Numbered from the whole stretch's first letter, positions 12,654-24,949 are shown. The stretch: 63,592 bases of DNA, filler included, from Octopus bimaculoides (GCF_001194135.2; 5 parts of 4 records of this genome joined end to end with filler, not necessarily neighbours in it); one strand, 5' to 3'. Notes: a model not told the origin generated them from the sequence alone. Program-made: numbers and translations.

Positions 12654-13551
12654 GTTTTTAACTTAAAATGTTACATGAACAGCTATTAAACTAATATACA
12701 GATTGTCAAATTAATGTATCAAAGAACTGAAAGGAACATAACATATCAACAGGTGAAAAAATAATCGTAGAAATGAGTACAATAACAAAGAATTCTATGT
12801 ATCTGTACAGTAGCTCAACAAACTTGTAATATTGAGTTATCAGTGAATAACACAAATTTTCGACTCAGGTATCAGTTTTGGAATGTAATAGAACATATGG
12901 AATCCTAAGTGGATTTAAGTCATCCACTTCAATAAACTAATAAACACACACATGCATAATGTGTGTGTGTGTGTGCGTGCGTGTGTGTGTGTGTGTATGT
13001 GCGCGCGCGCGTATGTATGAAACCCTACAAAATCTTTTACATGGTGGAAACATCTAATATACAACTCAATACGTTTGGTAGAATGCTTAAATATGTTTAT
13101 TACATCAAATGTTTATAGTCTGCTCTGAGCTATGTCATAGGCTGGACTGTTACATACATAGATACATACATACATACGTACATACATACATACATAAAAT
13201 AGAGAAGAGAAGTGATGAGAAAGTAGAAGTTTATACCATATGTCTACAGCTGTTTCATAATCTTGTTAGTTATATAATAGATGTTCTACTAATATTAACA
13301 CACATGAAATATTAATATACAAACATGTATAGATAAATATACATGCATGTGTATATTCATGTAGTAAAGGGTGCATATATGGGAACCAGCAGTCTAATAT
13401 TCTGAAGTAGAGTCTGCAATATGATGGTTGAAAACATCAACTCTGTTTCTGAAGATTACTACAGAGAGTAAGCACACTCTATATATACCAACAGACAATA
13501 GATATACTCAGTATGTTGCCTATGTGATTTACTTTACGGAAGCAATGGCCC

Positions 13552-13791
13552 TACTCTTTTACTCTTTTACTCTTTTACTTGTTTCAGTCATTTGACTGCG
13601 GCCATGCTGGAGCACCGCCTTTAGTCGAGCAAATCGACTCCAGGACTTATTCTTTTTTGGAAGCCTAGTACTTATTCTATCGGTCTCTTTGGCCGAACCG
13701 CTAAGTTACGGGGACATAAACACACCACCATCGGTTGTCAAGCGATGTTGGAGGGACAAACACAGACACACAAACATATACACACACAAAC

Positions 13792-13828
<37 letters not shown>

Positions 13829-13991
13829 TACGACGGGCTTCTTTCAGTTTCCGTCTATCAAATCCACTCACAAGGCTTTGGTCGGCCCGGGGCTATAGTA
13901 GAAGACACTTGCCCAAGATGCCACGCAGTGGGGATGAACCCGGAACCATGTGGTTGGTAAGCTAGCTACCTACCACACAGCCACTCCTGCC
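13552..13991 (-). mobile_element. Near full-length SINE family 1: tRNA head, CORE-like part, internal (TA)n/(TG)n microsatellite, 3' body and (GAGTAAAA)n tail
   Basis: Head GGCAGGAGTGGCTGTGTGGTAGG...CCGGGTTCATCCC; body fragments recur at 34380-34500, 34675-34745 and 36110-36175. Confidence 0.88.
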
Positions 13992-14614
13992 CTAGTATAA
14001 TACAAATTCAGAGGGAAAAGCAGTGTGTAAATGCAGTGAAATTTAAAAAAAAAACGAAACAATCGGGTAAATACCAAAGGAAGAAATACCAAATAAAAAA
14101 ATGTATAAATGTAAATGATAAAATTAATTTATCAAAGAAGTTGGCGTGGACGTAATATATGGGTACCAATGTAGAACTAATTTCGAAAGAGAGATAGGTT
14201 GACTAGTCTGGTAGAAATTTAGGTGATTACCACAATAAATGAATAAATAAATAAATAAATAAAAGGCAAAAATGGTCAGTAGGATGAGGACCCCATAAAG
14301 GGTTTAAAAAGATCAGATACAGAAAGGATTGTATGTGTTGTTGAATTTTCACAGTCTGCTGGTTTTGAAGGACACCAGCGTATCTTCAAGGTCATTGATA
14401 TTTTATCAATTTAATGTTGATAATGATAATAGTTATAGTAACAAGTATGAGAACAATAATGAAAAGAGGGATAAGTACATTAGGAATAATAACAATATAT
14501 GATAATAGTGATAATAATAGCATTTATCCGAAAAGTGGTAATGGGGTCAATAATAACGCCTTAACTAGATTTATAAATAACAATTCAAAGACTGTGAATG
14601 ATAAGAAAACAATT

Positions 14615-14659
<45 letters not shown>

Positions 14660-14669
14660 NNNNNNNNNN

Positions 14670-14700
<31 letters not shown>

Positions 14701-14863
14701 TAATAATAATAATCATGATAATAATAATAATGATAATAATAATTGCGAAAATATTAATTATAATAAAAATGTGTAAATATATATTTGTCTATACACATGT
14801 ATATATATAGACACACACAAATATTTATATGTACATCCATATATGTACAGATATATATGTATG

Positions 14864-14904
<41 letters not shown>

Positions 14905-15029
14905 ACATCTATCTNNNNNNNNNNNNNNNNNNNNNNNNNNNNNNNNNNNNNNNNNNNNNNNNNNNNNNNNNNNNNNNNNNNNNNNNNNNNNNNNNNNNNN
15001 NNNNNNNNNNNNNNNNNNNNNNNNNNNNN

Positions 15030-15085
<56 letters not shown>

Positions 15086-15489
15086 GCGCGCGTACATACA
15101 TACATACATAGATATCCGTAGCCATAAAGAAAGAGATTAATATATACATACCCTGTAGATATGTGACTCTTATCACGTTTTTCATGTATCATGTCATGTT
15201 TGTAAAACTAGCAACGGAAAATATTTTCACCTAGATTTCGATGTAAGAAGAAAAAGAATTTACATGTATAAAGTCTATACATGTATTTGTAAGAGTGTGT
15301 CTGTGTATAAGTATCTACATGCGTTTATATACATGCTTACTCACGCACACACGCGAGCGTGTTCACACACACTCACACATATGCATACATACATACATGT
15401 CTCTGTGTATGCATACATACATACATGTCNNNNNNNNNNTCACTCAATAATAATAATAATAATAATAATAATGATAATAATAATAATAG

Positions 15490-16160
15490 AAATAAGAGTA
15501 AATTTAAAACCTATATTCTTACATAAGAGATCCATAATATGGTGTAATCTACCATGCAGATTAAATTTAGCAACTAATATAGGTGCGGGATTAAAAAAAA
15601 AAAACTTGGATAAACATTTCTCACCATATAGCCCATAGCCTATTCCACGTCACCTTATGTTGCTCATCACCTGGCTAGATTTAACAATAGAAAAATATAC
15701 AGTCACTTCCCTTCTAAAACCCTAAATTTAAATAATTGCGTCAACCCACCTGGATCTAATATTCGCAGTATATACATCTTAAACTAGTTCAAAAATAGTA
15801 GCCCTATCCTATCAAATCAAGTTAATAATCTTTGTAATGGTAGAAATAAATTCCAGTGTCCAGTGGACCGCTATTGTCTTAGCGATAATGTAGTATATAA
15901 ATGCTCCGTACATGCATAAGGAAATGAATGCGTTTATATTGGAACTATCTAAAATAAATTTAGATGTAGATATTATAAGCATATTTTCAGCTTTAGGGAT
16001 AGAAACAAAGCTAGTTTCCTCTGAATGGTTACCAATGCGGGGTCCATCATAAGCAAGGCACAACATATAAAGGTAATAATGCTGCTTCTAATTTGTGCAT
16101 ATCGGAAGCCTTTGAAATAATTATCAATCAAAAAAGTGATGTAACAATAAATTGCCCGCA
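15490..16160 (+). mobile_element. Decayed Penelope-like element C-terminus (Neptune/Nematis-type linker plus GIY-YIG endonuclease)
   Basis: RSIIWCNLP...TNIG...LDKHF (RT thumb/linker), then CNGRNKFQCPVDRYCLSDNVVYKC...VYIGT...FRCRYYKHIFSFR, with in-frame stops at 15917 and 15950. Confidence 0.8.
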
Positions 16161-16192
16161 TTTGTGCCGAATTTCATTCCTACACAATACCA

Positions 16193-16294
16193 AAACTTAA
16201 GGTAGTAGCTTAATGTTACTTGAATAACTTTACTATAAATGGAAACATTTATAGTAAAGTTATTCAAGTAACATTAAGCTACTACCTTAAGTTT
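16193..16294. repeat. Perfect palindrome, 49-bp arms, GAAA loop
   Basis: 16193-16241 is the exact reverse complement of 16246-16294. Confidence 0.97.
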
Positions 16295-16356
16295 ATCCCA
16301 CCTCTTGAATACATCCCACCTCTTAAATATAGCCCACCTCTTAAATATATCCCACC
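16295..16356. repeat. 18-bp tandem repeat x3.4 abutting the palindrome
   Basis: ATCCCACCTCTTGAATAC / ATCCCACCTCTTAAATAT / AGCCCACCTCTTAAATAT / ATCCCACC. Confidence 0.92.
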
Positions 16357-17482
16357 ATTGATACTATAACCTCCATTTTCACTTTTTCTAGATTTCCAAT
16401 CCTTTCTACCTTTATTTACCCTAACTAGTTTATTTAATCCCTAGCTGAACTATTTCGATCAGTATTATGCTTAGGAAATATTGTTAGGTTTTGGGTTTTG
16501 ATTTGTTGGATACCTTTATTTCACAATATATCAACTAACTAACTATAAATATTTAAATACATTTAATATAAACTAACTGTTTTACTTTGTCGATTTTGTT
16601 CTATCATACCTTCTCCGTATACCTCCACAGTTATTTACCCTTAGCTTATAATCTAATGCTTGAATACTACCATTAGTTTATATTAAATGTGGTTTAATTC
16701 CAGATTTTATCTCCTTCACGTTTTTTTACCTCATTTTATCTTATCTGATTTACCTTGCCTTATGGATTAAATTATTTTTTATTTGTTTATTTATCCGTAT
16801 ACTTTTATCTCCTTGTTTCCATTTACAATTTATGTAATCGCAATTATAGTGAAAATATATTAGCTCATATAAGCGTCAGTGCAGTTGTTCGACTATATTT
16901 TCTGATTATTTGGCCTTATGTTTATTTTTACCGATTATTTCGAGTTTTAAATAAATTTACTGTATTCATATATTTTTCTGTATTCATATATTTTACTGTA
17001 TTTATATATTTTACCTCAGAATATGTATTGTTCTATAGCCATTGATCCCGTAAAGTAAATTACATATAGCAACACGTTGAGTACATCTATTGCCTGTGGA
17101 TATGGTATCTCTGTAGTAAAATTGATGTTTTCAACCACCATATATCGTTTTGAAGATTATTTTATTGGTTCTCATATCCGTACCCTTCTGTATATGGGTA
17201 TACACACGCATATATATTTATTTATATATGTTTGTGTATGTATGTTTCATACATACACAAACATATGTGTATTCATATTATGAAACAGCTGTAAATGTAT
17301 GGAATAAATATATCTCTCACATCACTTCCATTATCTGTTCCATTTATGTAAATTCCTTCCACCATTGTACACCTGGGTTTTCAGAGCGACACTAAGGTTT
17401 ACCCGAACCTCTTATCATCGTCATTCATGTCAGCCATGCAATTGGCGGAGAACTTAATGTGAAACCTGTTTGTTTTTTTAAT

Positions 17483-17538
<56 letters not shown>

Positions 17539-18593
17539 TTATTATTATACACAAAAATATGCATTTTCATGCATGCATACATACTTGCGCACAGGAACAT
17601 GCATACGTATATACATATTCTGGAGTGTACACGAAAAACATGTTTCATTCCGCCAGAAGTGTATAACGTTTTGGTTTCAATAATTGAATAAATTCAACTA
17701 AATACATTGACCACGAACAGGTAATCAATAATTGAAAATAAAATATATTACACATTGGAAATATGATAAAGAACATGACCCAGCATAAGAAACAATTAAA
17801 CTAGGAAAATTATGCATTAATACAATTTTCTTTCGGTTGTAGCCCCGCTGTGTCGAAGAACATGGATAGGATACAAGTTTAACGCAAGTATCAATTAAGC
17901 AAGCAGATGAAGTGAGGTACAAATTATGATGTATCATGTACTGAAATACGACGGAACGTCGACCGCGTATTTGAAGATTCAAGGTAAACCCTACCTTTTA
18001 GTCTCAGATATCATTAAGCGTTGGTTCATTATATAATTAAAGAAAAACCTATTCAGAAAAACTGCAATAATTTGAAAGCGATTTCAGAACTAGATTTTCT
18101 ATTGCGTGGATGTTTGGATAAAAAGGGCAGTGATGAAGGTGTTACTTGCAGTCTTAGATATATGAATAAATTGAGTTGTTTGCGTTCCATTTTGAAGTCA
18201 AATAGTTCATTCGTATAATCATTCAATATTGTACTAATCGACCACTGATTTCTTCCTTTTTCTAGGTTTCTATTAATTTCTTTTTTAATGATTTACTTTA
18301 AATTAATCTTGTTTTATTGAAAGTTAATCTAATCCAATTCTTATTGTAATCACATACTTATTAGTTTATTTTTAGCTGTAATTACTTTACTTATGTGTAC
18401 AATTTGTAGGTTTATTATTCGTATCAAATTATTGATGTATTCTAAATAAAATTCCATTTGCTAATTAAGGCACGACAAGTATAAATGTTTAATTTTGTGC
18501 CCAGGTGTACTGTAGCGAATACTTTATCAGGTGTCTTTTAGCAAATATTTTCCAGTTCATATTTGTGTGCTTTTCTTTCATTTGAATTACATT

Positions 18594-18812
18594 TCATACC
18601 ATGCTTTGTTCTGTAGAGTCGGTTTCAACAGAAGTATAGCGAGTCTGACAGGATCTTTCATGGAGTAGCCTGCTTCTGTTGCCATTAGCAGTAATGCTGA
18701 ATTTTCCTGAATGCTGTACGCTGTCTAAATATTCAAGCGTCATCATATCCCTTTGAGTTCTTCTTCTCCAACATACTTTGCAGAGCTGCAGAAATTCTCT
18801 CTTGAATTTTTC
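18594..18812 (-). CDS. Terminal coding exon of a rhodopsin-class GPCR (helix 8 and C-tail), possibly leucokinin/lymnokinin receptor-like
   Basis: Acceptor ttttcttcgacag, then 72 codons EKFKREFLQLCKVCWRRRTQRDMMTLEYLDSVQHSGKFSITANGNRSRLLHERSCQTRYTSVETDSTEQSMV and TGA. (N)EKFKREF matches helix 8 of insect kinin receptors; Cys pair fits palmitoylation; S/T-rich tail; AATAAA signals downstream (~18310-18420). Upstream exons not found. Confidence 0.72.
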   Translation of the reverse strand, partial: EKFKREFLQLCKVCWRRRTQRDMMTLEYLDSVQHSGKFSITANGNRSRLLHERSCQTRYTSVETDSTEQSMV

Positions 18813-19029
18813 CTGTCGAAGAAAATTTGGAATAATAAATCAAACAGATAAGAAATTTACACACAAGAGAACACAAAGATACGTAACCTCTCCCTTTTTG
18901 TCTACCATTCCTTCTCTGAAACACCAACACTTATATAAGGTGTTCGGACTGAATTTGACAGTTTGCATAAAAGGAAAAGAAAAGACAATCATCCATCCAA
19001 AAATAAAAATATAGATATCTTAAAAATAT

Positions 19030-19650
19030 TTTTAAATATCAACTAGATTTTGGCTGGGAGATAACAGTTTACTCAAAGTAACTGTCCTCAACTTCCAGTA
19101 CGGTTTCAACACGGCTTGGGAAACTGACATATGCGTTCCTTACTGTGTTTCTGGGAAGATCTTCAAAAACTTGGCTTTGGTGCTGCAGGCAGAGCGGTTG
19201 GTGTCTTTCTTAACAACGTGTCACACAGTAATCCATGGGATTACAATCAGGAAATTAGAAGGCCAGAAATTGGGGCTGGTGAAATCGTAGAAATTTCCCG
19301 ACAACCCTTTCCGACACTTTCCAGAGGTATGACAAGGAGCCGAGTCCTGCTGCCACTCATATGGCCTTCTAGTAGTAAACCCCTCCAGCGAGGGTTTGGC
19401 CAGTCTCTAGCAGCTTCACATAATCGTCTGAAATGAGCCTAATACACTGTTTAAAGGTGTCGGGATTAATTCCGGCGAGCAGATGCAGTCAAAGCGCCTG
19501 CGGTGCCTTTTTCTGATGGTCAAGGCCTTGTAGTCCATGTCACGTCTTACTGCGTTTACAGTGTTCACATAGCATTGAGCAGCAATCATGATGTCGGCAT
19601 TTTGACAATCGGCTCGAATCATCATGATACAGGTAACCGTTTCCCAATAT
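19030..19650 (-). mobile_element. Tc1/mariner superfamily, maT (DD37D) transposase remnant
   Basis: WQQDSAPCHTS (19344-55) ... FWPSN-PDCNPMDY; 37 residues between the two D after repairing a 1-nt deletion; ends ...EDSYFE and stop at 19069-71. Confidence 0.8.
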
Positions 19651-20982
19651 TCAGTTGAGTTCTAGTTGTCCATGTTAGCTGACATTCTCTCAACTACAGC
19701 TTTAATCTTTATGCTATCCAGTGCCGGTGACTCTTCAAAAATATATCAAACTGTTCCAGAAAAAAGAAGACGTAAGAAATCGTCAAATGTAGCACGAACA
19801 CCCAGTATATATATCATACATGTTATATGTAGTCAGTATTGACTTCCGCATATTGACAGATATCGATCTTTCAGTGTTTGGCAGCGTATGGTTAAGAACG
19901 TGAGTTAATTTCTCTGCAACACGTGGGGTTTCGCTATAGGTAGCATTATTTCGGTAGTAACTTTGTTTTAGTAATGTTCAATGTTTACTGTTTGTAAGTG
20001 TACATATATATCTATTTATTCTATAATTAAATGTAATTTGATTTGTTCCCAAATAACAAACTCGTTGACTGTTTATTTATAATGGATTATAATTTTGTAG
20101 TTAAGAAGTGTTGTTTGTTTTAATTATATATGTATGTACATGAATATCCCCAATTACAACAACATATGCATATATAATTTCTAATTTAATTTAATTCTAT
20201 TTCCCTTTTTTTTATCTGGATTCTTTATTATTTTACTTTTAATAAGCCGTTTACTTGATTAATATATTTTGTAGTATCGGACTTGTTTCATAGATATTGA
20301 TTTAAGCTTGTCCTTTTCTTTGTACATAGTTCAAGGGCTTTGTTTATAACATGTACTGTACTAACGATTGTCGTTAGCCTTGTTATCATGTTCGTAATGT
20401 GATGTTGATTAAGAAACAAAGCATCTAGTTTCCTATGTTTATTGTATTGTCTGAATGTCCTTTTTCAAACGAATTCTTTGTTATAAATACTATTTTAATA
20501 TATAATCTATAAATTATCACTGTTTGTTTACTTTTATGTTGTAACTTGTTATTAGCTCGTGGATACCAAGGCAGCGTTTATATTTTTAACGCTGTGGACA
20601 CCGCTAGATTGAATGGTAAAGCCCCGTTTGGGCAGTTGACAATGAGAAGATACATATGTTATGCTCGATTGCAAATATCTTAGCCTCGTTATTCTGGGTT
20701 GTCTTTCATTTTTGTAGAGTGGAAAGTGTTCGTGGATTCATAGTTTCCTGGGATTACTTTGGTATTGTTTGGTTTTCTTCATGGGTAACCTAATTAGACA
20801 ATGCTTAGATATGGGTATCTAGTTTTGGGAGGTTCTGTGGCATATATATAAATGATATATTTTAAATAAAGATGTATTATAACCGTTATTAACGATATTT
20901 ATAAGGTAGTAATAAGGTGACCAACAGGTTCAAGCTATTACAGGCACAGTATAAGGCAAATTTAGATACAGTTTGGTATATT

Positions 20983-21067
20983 ACCACTTGTTAAAATCAG
21001 ATCCAAGGCTCGAAAACCACCAGTTACTGGTGGTTTTCGAGCCTTGGATCTGATTTTAGCAAGTGGT
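20983..21067. repeat. Near-perfect palindrome, 42-bp arms (1 mismatch), with imperfect extension to ~20963-21089
   Basis: ACCACTTGTTAAAATCAGATCCAAGGCTCGAAAACCACCAGT-T-reverse complement with one T/C difference. Confidence 0.95.
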
Positions 21068-21508
21068 ATTATATACCCTACTGTATCTATATAAATGATA
21101 TAGATATAAATTCAGAGAATCATGTGCTGTCACAGTAAGCTCCTCTTACGGAGTCGTCTATCAGCTCAGGTAGTAATCAATTACAAAGTAACAAGTACTA
21201 AAGAAGTTATCTTGCTGGATAGAGATCCTTCTACCTTATACTACACGTTCGCAGTTCGGAGAAAGAAAAGCCTTTTGGATTATCTTCACTGCGGCTGTAA
21301 AATCTACGTTATTCATGGGTGGTTGATTGGTGGCTAATTATAAATTTCAAAACTATCAGAAGAATAGGAATTAAGAATGAGAGAAAGGGACAGAGATGGT
21401 AAGAGTGAGAGGAATGAAAGGGAGATGAGAATATGAGAGGAAATGAAGAGATAGGATAGAGAATATATCCGCATAAAGTCTGCCGAAGAGTAGAAGACAG
21501 AAGAAGAG

Positions 21509-21634
21509 ATTATTTACATTATTTACATTTGACGGATATTCGTCCTCATCTTGTTTGTTGTTAACACAACGTTTCGGCTGATATACCCTCCAGCCTTCGT
21601 CAGGTGTCTTGGGGAAATTTCGAACCTGGGTTCT
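21509..21634 (-). mobile_element. Penelope pLTR 3' part (family B), inverted relative to the adjacent RT
   Basis: Same sequence as the ends of the 50437-51216 foldback; ends in an AATGTAAAT repeat tail; joins the RT through a TTCT overlap. Confidence 0.85.
21563..21608 (-). ncRNA. Intact minimal type I hammerhead ribozyme
   Basis: Minus strand: stem I GACAC/GUGUU, core CUGACGA plus extra A, stem II GGCUG/CAGCC (10-nt loop), GAAA, palindromic ACGU stem III, GUU cleavage triplet (H17 at 21568). Confidence 0.85.
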
Positions 21635-21891
21635 GTGTAGAAACTACCTACTTCAGTATGGACACTGATATATATCGACAAGAAGATGGTTTAGCTATGG
21701 GTTCGCCATTATCACCGATAATAGCCAATATATACATGGAATACTTCGAGAATTTGGCTTTAGGATCAACACCACTAAAACCAACCCTATGGCTGCGATA
21801 CGTTGATGACACCTTTATTCTCTGGCCCCACCAGCAAGATGTCCAAATGCTGTTAGATCATGTGAACTCAATAAATCCATCCATACAGTTC
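21631..21891 (+). mobile_element. Penelope-clade reverse transcriptase fragment (open frame, ends at a gap)
   Basis: TYF...YRQEDGLAMGSPLSPIIANIYME...LWLRYVDDTF...LNSINPSIQF-type sequence; YVDD at 21799-21810; no stops. Confidence 0.93.
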
Positions 21892-21991
21892 NNNNNNNNN
21901 NNNNNNNNNNNNNNNNNNNNNNNNNNNNNNNNNNNTTAATTAATTAANNNNNNNNNNNNNNNNNNNNNNNNNNNNNNNNNNNNNNNNNNNN
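21892..21991. other. Assembly gap with artificial TTAATTAATTAA linker
   Basis: 44 N + TTAATTAATTAA + 44 N = 100 bp; stops in all six frames. Confidence 0.95.
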
Positions 21992-22076
21992 TTTGGTAGT
22001 CCACCCAGGCCATACTGAGGCCTTTCTTCTTTCTGCGGCTGTCTTCAGTTATGGCTTTATTGATCAATAATTGATC

Positions 22077-22081
<5 letters not shown>
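21992..22081 (-). mobile_element. R4/Dong-clade RT fragment starting directly after a (TAA)n array
   Basis: KDQLLINKAITEDSRRKKKGLSMAWVDYQ, homologous to KDQLLIDK...ISWIDYRKAYD in the 45-47 kb element. Confidence 0.8.
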
Positions 22082-22141
<60 letters not shown>

Positions 22142-22144
22142 GCA

Positions 22145-22775
22145 TTCATTCAGTTCTCCTTGTGCCTTGTGGCACTTGAGGTGACAGCAAGTTCATTCCA
22201 ACTTCTAATACTGAAAGCGTTCTTGACATCTTGTTTCACTGTAACCCTCTGCTTTTAAGATCTTTTTGTTATTGCTCTCCGCCACGTTTCTTTTGGTTGA
22301 CCACGTCTTCTTTTACCTTGTGGAACCCATTGCAAAACGATCCTAACAATTGAGTTAGGGTTAGAGCGACAAACTCGACCCAGCCAGTTCAATCTTCTTC
22401 CTTCAATAGTCTCTCTTGTTGGTTTCACGTTAGACTCGGTGTGTAATTGGCTATTCGAGATCATATTCGGCCAGTATACCTTCAAAATACTTCGTAAAAA
22501 TATATTTTGAAACACATCCAAATTTTTTTCAATACTTTTGGTTGTTTTTCAACATTCGGATTCATAGAGGAGGATGCTAAATATGTTGCTTTTGTAAAAT
22601 CGTATTTTGGTGCTCTTGCTCAATATTGATGATTTCCGTATTGATTTTAACATAGCGAATAATTGGTTGGCTCTGTATTTCTTTCATGAATGCATTCTCC
22701 ATCCATTGTTATTTTGTTGCCTAGATAGTTAAATTCGTCAAAATTTGCGATTGTTTTGTCGTTCAAAGTCACACG
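22145..22775 (-). mobile_element. RTE-like LINE 3' fragment
   Basis: FDEFNYLGNKITMDG (late RT), FQNIFLRSILKVYWP, RRLNWLGRV...WVPQGKRRRGQPKETWRR. Confidence 0.82.
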
Positions 22776-24949
22776 GTCAGCATCTATTATATTATTACAA
22801 AGAGTGGGTGTATATTTTCTTTTCGTTGATTTTGAGACATATATATACATAATTTTTTTCTGACAAATGTACATAACTAAAAACTTAGATAACCGCGTTT
22901 GTTGATGAAATCGACTCCCGTAATTATTTTATTGACCCCAAAAGCTTGACAGGCGTAGCAAGGTTTGATCTGAGAAAAGAAAGATCCGGAAATATCGCAT
23001 TTTGTACGGTGCTCTATTTTGTCAGTCTGCAGACCATATTAAATGAGAATGAATGCAAGGTGACTTTCTATATATATGCCAACGTAGTTTCATGTAACAC
23101 CGGTTTATAGACGTTTAATAATTTGCAGATTTTATTAAAACAAACTTTAAAAATCAGTGAATCTGTTAAACTAACATTTGAAATAGATAATTATTTTGAG
23201 AATTTATAGAAAGGAATTTGTAAATCATAATTTTTGGAAATATGTATGCTAAATTGCTAAATGGAATTTTCAATTGCAGTTTCGTTCATATTCGTTATTT
23301 TTTTGTTTCTGTTTATGTTATTGCTTTTTTACTTCTAATTGTACATATTTTATATCTGCAAATATAAACTGCTGGATCTCCACATGACACAAATCTGGGC
23401 ATTTTACCATCTACGTCTACGTCAAGTTTTTATTTGTACTAGGGCTTCAATAACATGATTAATAATATACAGAATTAGAAACGAATCAAAATTGGCCTGA
23501 ACTAACTTTGGACTAAAGAATCATAAGAATAGCTGTTTATGACAATTGGAAAGTAGATGAGATCCAAAAATAGATGATAAAGCAATAAGATTTCATACGA
23601 ATCTTAATTTTCTTTCAAATCCATTTATGTCACAAATTTCTCTCCCTTCTTTTGCTCTCTGTCCGTCTTCCATTGTCCATATATTGTGTTTTAAATTTTC
23701 TTCTCCTTCTCCACTTTCTACTTCTTTCCATCTGAGTAGTGTAGAGCAGATGCAGAAGCTTCAGCCTAATATTTAACCTAATTTTCTCTTCGTTTACCTG
23801 AGTTCTTGCGGGTATTCAACGAAATCTTATAACTAGTTATCAACAATTATTTGTAGCTATATGATTATCATAAAGTACATCTTTAGTTATGAAATCGTTT
23901 TTATATTGAACAATTAATTACAGAATTAATCAGTCTTCATGTTAATGAAAGTTTGTTAATTTGCAACGTTGCAGACTTCCTCTTGGTGGTATCTTGTGAA
24001 ATTATCAGCTAGAAGTTCATTTTAGGCTAGTTAAATTTATTTTTCAGTTTATTGTAACTAGTTTAGAGGAAAGTAGACGAAGAACCATAATGTTTATAAA
24101 TGAGAACTACTCTAATGAAAGATTATTAAGATTTACTACTCCACTTCAGTACGCACCATATAGAAGATGATACTAATATAATAGGTCCCTATCTAGGAAC
24201 GCCAATTAAAGGGATTTTGAATTTATTCTGGTTTGCAAATGGTGAATATACAGTTCTCTTCTTAAAATTCCTAAAAAAGGCATTCAAAACGGTGGACTAG
24301 AAATGTATTCATTTCTGGTTATATTTTCTGACAATTAAGTTTTTCGATTCCAGGTGATGGTCATGAAACTTTCCATAGAAGTTTCATTTGTTATATTAAT
24401 CAGATCAGGTGAAATCGTCAAAAAGTTCACTTTCGGTTATATCTTTTCGTTTCAGTCTGAAGTTTTCAGATATTCCTAGAAAGAATGCAAGAAAGTTATT
24501 GCTAAATTGATATCATTCTCGGATACGTGTCTATTAGTGAGGAAACCAACTCCTCTCGTTCTCACATTTTACCATGCTTTTCTAGTATAAAGATTTACAC
24601 CAAACATTATAATTCTTTTCCTCCACGTGCTGTTCACTTTAATCGGAAATTATTTTCTCTCCCATAATTAGACAAACATAGAATAATTAGTTTTCTATTT
24701 TACTACCAATAACCCCTTTCATGCTGTGCACCGTTATCATAAAATGATATACTACATTGCAATAACAGTGTCTATTCCATATACATACTGATAGATATAT
24801 AGTTAGATATAAAGGGCAGCTCGTTTGACAGTTTTACGTTGACGTTCAACTTAAACTTTACCAAATAGGTGACTGCAGGGACCATATGTACAGAATTAGA
24901 ATCCCTGGAGCAGTTACGTAAGGTAAATTGAGGGAAGATTACTAGTTAA

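Noticed and set aside
15812-16066. Hydrophobic minus-strand ORF resembling a mitochondrial membrane protein (numt)
   Set aside because: It is the antisense of the GIY-YIG remnant on the plus strand.
16295-16356. Regular short repeats as a CRISPR-like array
   Set aside because: The units are contiguous with no unique spacers; eukaryotic context; no cas genes.
19755-19795. Possible third hammerhead (GACG-loop-CGTC followed by AAATGT)
   Set aside because: The CUGANGA core is absent and GAAAC is degenerate; at most a remnant.
21631-22081. Chimeric Penelope-Dong RT element
   Set aside because: The two fragments are on opposite strands and are separated by an artificial linker gap.
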